NCBI GenBank assembly: GCA_000004695.1
Contig: CM000154.2
Span: 1,152,001-1,216,000, forward strand
Direction of reading: 5' to 3'
DNA: 64,000 nt
Origin: Dictyostelium discoideum
Taxonomy: Eukaryota
This document shows, piece after piece, positions 53,201 through 64,000 of this stretch (position 1 is its first letter; each line of letters opens with the position of its first letter). The notes under the pieces are model-generated. The model was not told the origin of the DNA. It searched no databases and saw only the letters and a program-made list of their open reading frames with translations. The translations under genes and the position numbers were made by a program.

Positions 53201-56185
53201 GTCAAAGGAACTAAAAGATTTAATGGATTCTTTGTTTGTTTGAAAAGTATTTTCACACTCTTTTTAATTATTGTATCTATAGTTACTTTAGCACCAATAT
53301 ATGTTAGTTGTCCATATTGTTCTAAGGATGCTAGCTCTGAGCTCACAATAAACTGTGCATTAAGAATTAATAGTTGATCATCATCTTCAAAATCAGTAGC
53401 AGTAAATGAAAAATCAACCGTTTTTTCAAATTCAGATATAACAATAGCTGAACTACATTCAGGTGGTTGATTCACCTTATTGATAGAGAATGAAACTTTT
53501 GCACTTGAATCACTAGTTAAACAACCATCATCAGCAATAAAACTAATATACAATGATTTCAAATAGTTTTTATAAGGTGAAAATGTAAATTTTTCACTTC
53601 CTGCGTATAATTCATCCTTTTGAGTTGAAACATCAATACCTTTACTTGTTTTAATTAAACCTTCTGTACTCGATAAAAATGATGTAAATTTAAAGGTCAA
53701 AATATTTCTATCTGGATCAGAGCCTTCCAATTGAAATATAGCATCAGAGTTTTGATTACAAGAAATTCCAAATGGATTTGGTGTTGGTGGATGATTGTAG
53801 TTTGTTTTAATATCGATACAACCATATCCTATAGTACACACTCTAAGTGATGGATTTATACTACTATTGTAATTGATTGGTAAAGATAAAGAAAGACCAG
53901 ACAAAGTTTTGACAACTTCAATATCTGCATCTATAGGTAAATTTTCTGGAATTGATTTTAAAAATGCAAGACCACCAGAGTTATCATTAACTTTAAATAT
54001 AATATTCTGTAACACTCCATTACCTAATACTGAGCTTGATGTTTCTTTGAATGCTGTCTTTACAAAATTTTTCCAACCTTGAGCATCAGATGATAATTTA
54101 TAAGCTCCAAAACCACATTGATATAATGTTGAATTCCAATTACTTAGAGAAACATTAATTCCAATAACTACAGGAGCAATTGACTTTTCAATGAATGCAT
54201 TTTTAAATTCATCTATTTCTGTTTGGATGGGACTTAAAGGAAGATCTGTTCTTGGTATAATGATCATAGACTTAAAGGCATTCGTTCTCCAACCTAGTGG
54301 AGTCTTTGCTGCTTTGGTTGCAGCCGATAAAGATTTTCCTGTAATTGTATGATTATAGCCACTCCATTTTTTATTTTCTAGTGATGTTACAATAGAGTCT
54401 GATGGAATTTTAGCTAAATCAGCGAATAAACCATTTTCATCAATAATGCCCAACCCAAATGATACACTTTCAGGAGATAGTTCCAAAATTTTCGTTTTGG
54501 CGTCATTCAATTGAGATAGAATATTGTTGAATTCATTTTGAGTGTTTTGATTAATATCAATCAAAAAGTAAACATCAATTAATTTATTTTTCTCTGGAAT
54601 TTTAATATTGACTTGTATTTGATACTTTTGATTATTTGCCAAATATACTTGAATGCCTACTGGGTTAATATATGATTGCTCCATAATTGAAGAACTAACA
54701 ACACCACTTTTTAATGACCCACATGATTGACTGTTTGAAATTGAACAATCATCGCCAATCCAACCATTGTTACAATAGCATTTACCATCACCCAAAATTC
54801 CACTATTGGAAACACCATTGACACAAAGTGGCACAGCAATACACTTTTCTCCATAATATCCTTTTGAACAATCTAAACAATCACTTTCAGAGGTAAAATT
54901 CTTTGGACAAACACAAATACCTTTATCTCTAAATCCCCCATTTGAACAATCAGGTTTTTCTTTTAGAAAAAATTTAAAAATTAATAAAATTAAATTTATA
55001 AATAAAATAATTAAAAAAAGAAAACTTACTAATAATAATTTCTATTGAAGTTGTAATTTTTATCAAAGAGTCGGTACATACTATATATTTAACATATGTT
55101 CCATAATCTTGAAAAGATGTCGGGAACCATAATAAATTTATTGTTGATTTTGGTCCAATTTCTAAAATTTTTGTTATGAAACCAATTGGAAAACCGACAG
55201 GTTGAATAGTTGTGTTTAAACCAATTGCATCTGTTGTACAAGAAACATTAAAACCTTCATTTTGCTCACCAATAACAAATGTTTGTGTTTGATTGGGCTT
55301 TGGAGTTGGTGGGTAAATAAAAATAGGCTTTGTTGATAAACAAGCGTCTTGTGTTTTATTATATACTAAATTGCCACAATTAATACAGTCACTGTTTTTT
55401 GTACAAATTTCACCACTGTTATTGCACTGATGATGACAAAACCCATTTTGTATCTCTGATTGGAGGATAAAGTCAAGAGTTATATACGCACCATTTTTAT
55501 CTGTAATTATTACCTTTGCGCAATATAAACCAACAGATGATGGCATGAAATATACCATACCAGTGTTTTTATCAAGTGTCATCCCATCAGGCTTTGCTTC
55601 GCCAAATGTAAACACAAGATTAGAATACTCTCCAGGTCTGAGATGTTGATCAGAGGCAGGGATATTGAAATTATTATTTCTACCATATGTTACTGGATAG
55701 ATAGGTACCATTCCTGATACTGGTGACCAATTAATTTTATCAAGTGAATTACTATTATCAATTTGTACCAATGATTTTATTGTAAAATCACCATCTTTTT
55801 CATTCAAAAGAGTACTGATTCTACAGCACAACGAATAGAAGGCAGTATAGTTAGCAGTTTTTCCTACTTCCAATGTTGGGTATGTGTGGGAAAATACTGA
55901 AGTGCCAGTAAACCAATCATCTTTAGAGTCAACCGTTGTTAGTATTAATTGATAAGTACTCACAACATTATCTCCAAAATTGAAAGAAATTTTTATAAAA
56001 TCATTTTTTTGGGGCAAATTGGAGAACCAGGCACTGGTTCTGAAGCCAAGGTCAAGAGTAAATTGTATTTCATTGTATTGAGTAGTTGGTTGCCATTTAA
56101 ATGTACCAAACCTAATATGAGAAGCTTTTATTATTAAAAAAATTATAATAATATAAGAATTTTTGTTTTTTTTTTTTGATTTTTA

Positions 56186-56231
<46 letters not shown>

Positions 56232-56299
56232 ATTTTACCGTTTGAGAAAGTTATCAAAAAATAAATAAAAAATAATAATTTTACAACAAAACTAAACAT
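50242..56299 (-). CDS. Divergent Sib-family paralogue (possibly sibB-like) with degenerate NPxY motifs; 3 exons join(56239..56299,55030..56112,50242..54959)
   Basis: Signal peptide [20 protein letters not shown] then donor G|GTAAAA. Exon 2 [18 protein letters not shown]... Donor A|GTAAGT at 55029; acceptor (A)AAG at 54960-61; all frame-checked. Same architecture and the conserved block '[37 protein letters not shown]'. Tail '[44 protein letters not shown]' has SPIY/SRIY where NPLY is expected. Confidence 0.75.
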
Positions 56300-57104
56300 T
56301 TTTTAATAAAAAGTAATAAAATAAAAGATTTTGTTTTTTAAAATCTTTATTTCTTTTTTATTAAAAATTTTTTTTTTTTTTTTTAACTATTATTAGTTTT
56401 TAATTTATTTGTTTGTTTTTTATTTTTTTATTGTATTATTAAAACTTGATATTAAGAAAAATGAAAATTTTAAAAAAAAAATTTAATAAATTAAAATTAA
56501 TACAATTTATTTATTTTAATTCATTTATTTTAATTTTTTTTTTTTTTTTTTAAAAAACTAGATATTTTATCAATCCAAAATAAAGAAACTTTGAATTCTT
56601 TTTATTATAATTATATTCTATCCAATTACTCTTTGTTAGTTTAATTTAATTTTAAACATTAAAAACAATCCAGCCAACCAAATTTTTAAGTAAAAAAAAA
56701 AAAAAAAAAAAATATTTTCCAATTTTTTTTTCAAAATATCCATTTTTTTTTGAGGTTGGCTGGATATAAAAATTTAATTAAAGTGGTGAGAAGTGATTTT
56801 ATGCGGTGTTGGCCACTTTTTTTATTTTCCACGAGTTTCAAAGAAAAAAAAAAAATAAAAATGAGCCGCGTAGAAAATGGTTTTAGTTGAAAAAAATCTA
56901 GATTTTAGAATTTTTTTTTAAATACAGACTTAATTAAATTTAGTTTGAAATAATTTTTTCTATTCTTTGATATTTCAAAAGTGAATTGAAATATACAAAA
57001 ATAAATAAAAATAGAAAAAGAGTAACAAAGTGACTTTTTTTTTAGTTTTTTTTTTTTTTTGATTAAATTAATTTAAGTATTTAATTGTCTTAAAATGAGT
57101 TTGC

Positions 57105-57156
<52 letters not shown>

Positions 57157-57764
57157 ATAATAATAATAATAATAAATTCCCTATCCGACTAATGGAATCT
57201 GATTTATTTTTTATTTTTTTTTTATTTTTTTTTTTTAAGTATACTATAACCCTTTAATGAAAAACAAACAAATATTTTTTTTTTTTATATTAAAAATGAT
57301 TTTTTTTTTTTTTTTTTTTATTTATGATATATAAAAACAGAAATACCCAAAGTGATAAAATATAAAAAAAATTTATTAATCCTTTCTGTTTTTTTAATTT
57401 TTTTTTTTTTCAAATTTTATTTTCGAGGAACATATAAAAAAAAAATCTGAAAGATTACTAAGAGAATCTGATTTATTTTTGATTTTTTTTCGTCGAAATG
57501 AGCGGCGTGTTTATACTAAATCAAAAGAAAAAATGGAAATTTTTTTTTTTTTAAAACTCAATTTTTACCTTCCAAAAAATGAAATAATAATAATAATAAA
57601 ATCTAAACAATCTTTCATATTTTTTAATCAAAAACTAAAAAAAAAATAAAATTTAACACCATATTGAGGGAATCAATTTTAAAAAAAAAAGTTTGAGATG
57701 AATGAAATTATTAAATTTTATTAAAAAAAAGATTTAATTATTGAGAAATATTTAATAAGAAACT

Positions 57765-60700
57765 TTAGTCAGTATTATCAGAGGCAGATTGATAAAGTGG
57801 ATTTTCAGCGGCAGATGCAGATTGTTCGTAAAGTGGATTGGCATTAACACCGTCACCAAGGAAAGCGGCTTCACTAAAGAAAGTATCAGTTGGTGGTGCA
57901 GCTTTTCTTAATAATTTCCAAGCAGCAGCAGCAATTAAAGCAGTACCAGCGGCAGCACCAGCAATAGCACCTGTTAAAACAGTCTTATTATTAGTGGTTT
58001 GTGTGGTAGCTTCTGGTGCATTAACTTTAACATCAACATAACCAGTTGCATTTAAATGTGATTGAGCTCTAATGGCTGATGGTGCATTGTAACCTAAATC
58101 ATCAACAAAGAGTTTAAGACGATAGTCACCAGCAGTTGATGCGATAACAGAAATTGAAACAATTGAACTGTTGAGTGGTTTCTTTGGTCCAATACATGTG
58201 ATTGAAGCTAAAGTTTGATGATATTCACACATTGGTGATTGAGTGAATGAAAGTTTAATATCTTTGAGTGATGCAACTTTGTCATCTTTTTGACCAACTA
58301 TTGAAACAACAATTGAAACATTGTTAGTTGTAGAATCTGGATCATCAAATTGTACACCCATTACAGAGGCAGTTAAATTGGTTTGAGTTGTGTAGTTTTT
58401 GTTACCAATGATTACAAATGGTGCAATATTGACAGTATTAACATTGATTAACACTCCGACGATTGGTGAATTAAGACCGCCATTGTCAGTCATAATAAAT
58501 GTAATACGTGCATAACTTTCACCAGAGGTTTTTTTTGATGGTACAAATACGACATAGTAAAAACCATCAGCATTTTGTTCAACATTTGAAGAGTTACGAG
58601 TGATTGGCGCACCTGATGAATTTGAAGCAGTTGGATTATAAGCGTAAAGCGAACCTCGAAGTGGGAAATTTGGAATCATTGAAATTAATGGAGTAACTTG
58701 ATCAACATCAATATCATTACCAGAATATTTAATTAGGACAGTGGTATTAATATTCATATTAATTAATGAAGTATTTTCAAATAAGACTTCACTTGAAACG
58801 CCATCTAAAATCTTGTAACTAACTAATTCGATTGTTGGTGGTTGGTTGACATGAATAACATTAACAGTGACTGTATAAAGTTCAGAGTAAAGATCACCAT
58901 CAAAGAGTTTGAAGTAAATGAAATCAAAATCATTACCATATTTATTACGTGGTGGCATGTATGCATAGTTGTATGAAGTTGAACCAGATTGTTGATTTGG
59001 ATATGATGTAATTTCTGAATCCATAGTACCTTCGCTACCCATATTGTGAGCGATACTTAAAGTACCATTGTTAGTGAATCCAATAACTTGGATATTAACT
59101 TCAGAACCACCACCACCAATTCTACTAGTGATAGTTAATGGATAACGAGTGTTTTGTAAAACATCAATTACTCTTGCACCAGTATAAACTGGTGGATTTC
59201 TTGGTCTAACACTAAAGTAAACGATATCAGAATCTGATGTAAGACCTTGTTGATCAATGACAGTGTATGAAATTGAATCGAGTGGACTTTGTTGATCAAT
59301 GGTATTCCAATTTGAAAGACCTGCATTTGGTTTGTATGAAAGTGCATTAAGGTTGTATGTTTCAGAAGCAATATTTGTTGTAGTAAGAGCAACACCAGTA
59401 GCGTTAATTAAAAGTTGACCATTGATTGGTAATGAAAGGATTTTAACTTTAATATCATCTTTTGGTGTTTCAATATCAGAACCATTAAAAGTGAATACTT
59501 TGACTGTATCTTGATCAAGTTGAACAGTGCCACCTTGAGTAGTTGGTGGAGTATTAATATAAGTATATTGAACATTAGCAGTTACTACACCAGTTGATAA
59601 TGTACCAAATGGAATAGTCTTTGTAGTAACATCAGTACATTTGACAGCGAATGAACTTGAAACACTTGTGAATGGAGTTGGAGTAATTTTTGATGGATCT
59701 AATAACTTGAAACTGTATGAAGTACCAGAGAGAACAGTTGGAACTGATTCAATTAAATTACCATCTGAATCATACATACCAATTTGACTTGGAATGGAAA
59801 CAACTGAACAAATAACACTATCACCATCTGGATCACTGGTGACCAAGTCTTGAGTTTCACCATCACCACTTTGAGATGTGAAAGAATATGAACTGACAAC
59901 AACACTTGGCTTGTGATTAATTGGGTTAACAGTGACGGTGGTACTTTCAATTGATGACCCAGCTTTGAAAGTGTCAACAACTTGATATGAATAACTATCA
60001 GTACCCTTGAAACCAGGATTTGGTCTATAGTAATGAGTGAATGGAGCTTTTCCTTGAGTGGCAGCAATGCTACCATTTTGAAGAGTAACTAAAATACCAT
60101 TGGATGGTGGAGTGGTAATTATAGCAATTAAATTATTAACATTTGGTGGATTGTAATCATCGATATCAGCATCGGTACCAGTTACAACATGTGCATCAGA
60201 ATCTAAATAATCTTGATAAACACTGTAACCTTGAATTTTAGTTACAACTGGTGCAACATTAGTACGATTACCAACAATATTAACGACTACATTGACAGAA
60301 TCTGATTCTAAACCTTGGTTATCAGTTGATGTGAATGAAATGGATGCATAATTTGAAATTGCGGAAGGTTCTCCATTGGTGAAACAAATAAGTTTGTTGG
60401 CTACTTTGTTGGTATAAGAAATTGATGTGTAGGTTGTAGTTGTAGAAATAGAGGTATATATGTTGGTTTGAGTAGAATTACATGTACAATCATTGGTTGA
60501 ACAAGTGTAGAAATCACCCTTTGCGCCCTTGTTAACGGATTTAATGGTGAATTTTGCAGATGTTGAATCTGAATCAGTTGATACCAAAGTTAATGAAACA
60601 GAACCTCTTGGAATTACTGAAATTGGTGATGTTGATGATGAAACTGGTTTAATATTTGTATGAACAAGTTTAACAGTTAATGTACAAGTACTTGTAGAGA

Positions 60701-63502
60701 TTGCACCAACACTATCGACAGCTTGGAATGATACTGGAACATCAATAGCATTGGTTGGATTAACGGTTTGGGTAAATGTGATTTCAGAACTAGTTGGAAT
60801 TTTAGATGTTGAAGTAACAGCAACACCACCAAAAGTTAATGTACCATATGCAGTTAAATCGGTTGGACTAGTGAATTGAATGAATGGTGTGGCATCTTCA
60901 AAATCGGAAGCACTCAATACAAATTTGTTAGCAACATTCAAAGTTGGTGAAATTGTTTTTTGTTGACAAGTTGGTAATTGATTGACTTTGTTGATGGTGA
61001 TTGAAACGGTTGCAGATGTAGTACTATTAAGACAACCATCATTGGCAACGAAACTAACACTGATTGGTAATAAATAGTTAATGGCTGGAGTGAAGGTGAA
61101 AGTCTCGGTTGAATCGTAATATTTACTTTTTTGGGTTGAAACATCTTTATTATTACTATCGGTAATAACACCAACGTCACTTGTTAAGAAGGTAGTGAAA
61201 GCAAAGGTTAAAATATTGAAATCTGGATCAGTACCTGTTAATTTAAAGGTAGCAAATGAATTTTGATTTACAGAGAATGCAGTTCCGGTTGGAGTTGGTG
61301 GACGATTGTAATTGATTGAAAAATCAGTTTGGCCAAAACCAATTGCTGAAACTGATGCAACTGGTGATACGATTGAGGTTGCTGATGGTTTGGTTAAAAC
61401 AAGACCACTAACGGTTTTAACGGTATCAGCGGTGGAAGATACAGCGACATCTGATGGTGTGGATTTAACGAATGAAGCGCCATTGGTTGTATTATCGGTT
61501 TTATAAACAACATTTGATAAAACACTCTTTAAACCAGCTACAGCTTTAGCAGAGATATCGATGGATGTAGCAGCAGAGACAGTGCTATAACCAAAATCAG
61601 CGGTTGAAATTGCTGAATTCCAATTTGGAATTGATGAGGCACCAAAACCAACAACAACTGGCGCAATTGAATTTGAAATGTAAGTATTGACGAAATTAGT
61701 TATAGCAGCAGAGTTTGAAGAATGATCTTTATCGGTAAGTACAACAATTGCTTTAAAGGAGCCAGAGTTCCAACCATTTGAGTTTGATGCAGCATTTGTT
61801 GCACCCAAAAGTGAATTACCACTTGAGGTTGAAGTATAAGATGAGACAGCATAACCATTGATAGTATTAACGATATTGCTACCAATGATTGAACCTGGAG
61901 CAAAATTGAAACCAGATGAAGAGGCATCACTGAAATAACCAATACCAAATTGAGTTGTTTCGCAAATACTCTTTGAAACCTCAGTGACAAATGTTGAAAT
62001 ACTTGATTGAACAACACCAAAGAGAGTTGATGAGGCGACATTGACATCGACTAAAACGAAAACGTCAATTTTTGTTAATTTTTGTGGAATGTTTAATGAT
62101 GTAGTTAAAGCGAAATCACTTTCGATATATAGTTGAACTTTGGTTGGATTGACAAAGAATGATGGAACAGAGGTGGAGAGGAGAATAGAATTTTTCAAAT
62201 CTTTACAACTTTGAGATAATGGAACATCACATTTATCACCACTGTAACCATTGATACACATACATTTACCATCACCTAAAATACCTTCATTTGGAATACC
62301 TTTATCGCATGGTGGGGTTGGATCACAATTTTGACCATAATAACCGGTACTACAATCGAAACAATTTGAAGTTGGATCCCATTTATCACCATCACATTTA
62401 CATTTACCAGTTGAAGGATCTTTATGACCATTACCACATTCTGGTTTAGCAATGAAAATTGTAAATGAACGAGATGATGATGTTAAACCATTTGAATCAT
62501 AACAAAAGATTGAAGTTACATAAACACCAACATTTGCAGCGACTGGAGTCCATGAAAGAATATTTTTAACTGTACCTTGACTTGAAGTTCCTTCTGCAAT
62601 GGCTGCACCAGCTGGTACATTAGCAGCTTGGATACCGACAGTTCTAGTTGTATAATCTGATTTACATGAGAGTGTGATACTATTTGGTTGACCAACAGTG
62701 AATGGAATTAATTGATTATCTTGTGGGGTTGGTGAAACAAAGTATGGTGGATAATTAGTTGTTGAACAAGTATTGCTAGTTGTTGAACCAGCGTTGGCAC
62801 AATTTTTACATTCTGAATTACCATTACATGTTGCACCACCATTGGAACAACTTGGATCACATTTACCTGGTTCAGTAATTGATTCTAAAATGAAATCGAC
62901 TACGGCATATGCTGGTGGAACGGCATCATCTGTGATATAAATTTGAGTAGAATAAAGACCAACTGAAGTTGGTAAGAAAAAAACATGACCAGTACTATTG
63001 ATTTTCATTCCAGATGGTTGGGTCATTGGATAAACGGTTGAGAAAGAGAATGAAAGTTTATCATCAACATTTGGGTCACTTGCAATAACACGGAAGTTAT
63101 TATTTTTGTTGGCAATAACTTGGACAATTGGTAACATACCTGATACTGGTGAATGATTTACTGATGGCCAATTTTTGTTATCAAGATAAACACTACTAGT
63201 AATGTTCCAATCAGCATCTTTATTATTGAGAAGTGTACTAATTCTACAACATGATGTAAACATGGCAAGATATTGTTTTGAGTTGTTTGGAGTTAAGGCA
63301 GTATAGGTTTTAGTAAAGATAAATTGACCAAAGAACCAATCATTCTTGGTATCAAAACTGGTCACAGATGCCCTAACTGATGTAGATGAACCATCACCAA
63401 AAGTTAAAGTACCAAGAGTAATTTTTTCTCCAATTACAATTGATGATGAGCTTGTTTTATAAAATGTAGTTCTAAATGCGAAATTTGTTGTAAATTTAAT
63501 AA

Positions 63503-63551
<49 letters not shown>

Positions 63552-63999
63552 AAAAAGAAAAAATTAGTAATTGAATAAAATAAATAAATAATAAGTTACT
63601 TACGTTATGTGCTGTTGTGGGACTCCATGAGATACTACCAAATCTGAAATGGGTGGCTAAAATAAAAAATTAAAAAAAAAAAAAAAATTGAAAAATAAAT
63701 AAAAAAAATGAAAATCGAAAAAAGGTCAGAAAAGTTTTAAAAAGTAATCGATTTTTAGTATTATTATTTTTATATTATTATTATTATTTATTAATATTTA
63801 TTATTATTATTTATTTATTATTTATGTATCTATCCATTTATTTTATTTATTTATTTTAATTTTATTATTTTATTATTATTATTATTTTTATTGTTATTTT
63901 AGTTTTTAATTTTTATTTTAATTTTTAATTTTAGATCTTACCTTCAGTGACACAAAATATTGCAAGTAATACAAATAAAAATTTGAATAAATTATTCAT
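57765..63999 (-). CDS. Sib-family adhesion receptor, near-duplicate of the 42946..48961 gene (sibA/sibC-like); 3 exons join(63942..63999,63604..63656,57765..63503)
   Basis: Signal peptide MNNLFKFLFVLLAIFCVTE with donor G|GTAAGA. A 53-nt exon ATHFRFGSISWSPTTAHN with donor |GTAAGT, a 100-nt poly-T intron, then the main exon. C-terminus '...RKAAPPTDTFFSEAAFLGDGVNANPLYEQSASAAENPLYQSASDNTD'. The tail is about 95% nt-identical to gene 1. The 5' end lies 1 nt from the window edge. Confidence 0.8.
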
Positions 64000-64000
64000 T

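Noticed and set aside
43352-62047. Many 60-140-aa plus-strand ORFs inside the three Sib genes (for example 46697..46912, 46815..47234 listed as minus but out of frame, 53018..53377, 57838..58041, 61312..61506)
   Set aside because: They lie antisense to, or in alternative frames of, the long continuous Sib coding sequence. They have no start context or introns, and hydrophobic/His-rich composition typical of frame-shifted reads of Thr/Ser/Val-rich coding DNA.

Overview
The window reads as Dictyostelium discoideum-type nuclear DNA. It is about 75-80% AT, with intergenic poly(A)/poly(T) runs, short AT-rich introns bounded by GTAAGT/GTATGT...(T)nAG, and in-frame (AAT)n/(CAA)n tracts giving poly-N/poly-Q. 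I call about 23 protein-coding genes. Gene models were built by splicing across canonical GT..AG introns, with each junction checked for frame against the supplied ORF track. Many ORF-track 'M' starts are alternative-start artefacts, so starts were re-set to real ATG codons.

Genes in order:
- 736..1263 (+): small coiled-coil protein.
- 2137..4802 (+): UVRAG/Vps38-like PI3K-complex subunit.
- 4915..6618 (-): F-box/LRR protein.
- 6956..7536 (-): TXNDC17/DUF953-like thioredoxin-fold protein without CxxC.
- 7975..8987 (-): gamma-carbonic-anhydrase-like protein.
- 9244..9975 (-): peptide deformylase.
- 10843..12430 (-) and 25513..26520 (+): two FNIP-repeat proteins.
- 14708..17551 (-): 947-aa protein of unknown function.
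- 18444..19348 (-): Arl1 GTPase, 4 exons.
- 20053..21475 (-): MOSC/mARC protein.
- 22418..22719 (+) and 26682..27033 (-): two hssA/2C/7E-like micro-genes.
- 23200..24549 (-): COX10 heme O synthase.
- 28046..29767 (-): DDI1 (UBL, retropepsin, UBA).
- 30370..31668 (+): N-rich protein with a C-terminal CXC-like Cys cluster.
- 31802..34027 (-) and 34484..36021 (+): divergent pair of paralogous two-TM membrane proteins of an undescribed family; the minus-strand gene carries two tandem modules.
- 36181..41059 (-): uDENN-DENN-dDENN protein with a 1100-aa low-complexity tail.
- 42946..63999 (-): tandem array of three Sib (similar-to-integrin-beta) adhesion genes.

Most notable observations:
- The Sib triplet: outer copies are near-identical, the middle one is diverged with degenerate NPxY tail motifs.
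- A 118-nt block is nucleotide-identical across all three Sib copies, suggesting gene conversion; intron/acceptor differences between the copies were also found.
- A dispersed GC-containing ~100-170-bp module appears upstream of the Sib genes and inside or upstream of the first FNIP gene.
- A box C/D snoRNA candidate sits next to a DUSE-like motif.

No tRNA, rRNA, transposon or CRISPR was recognised.
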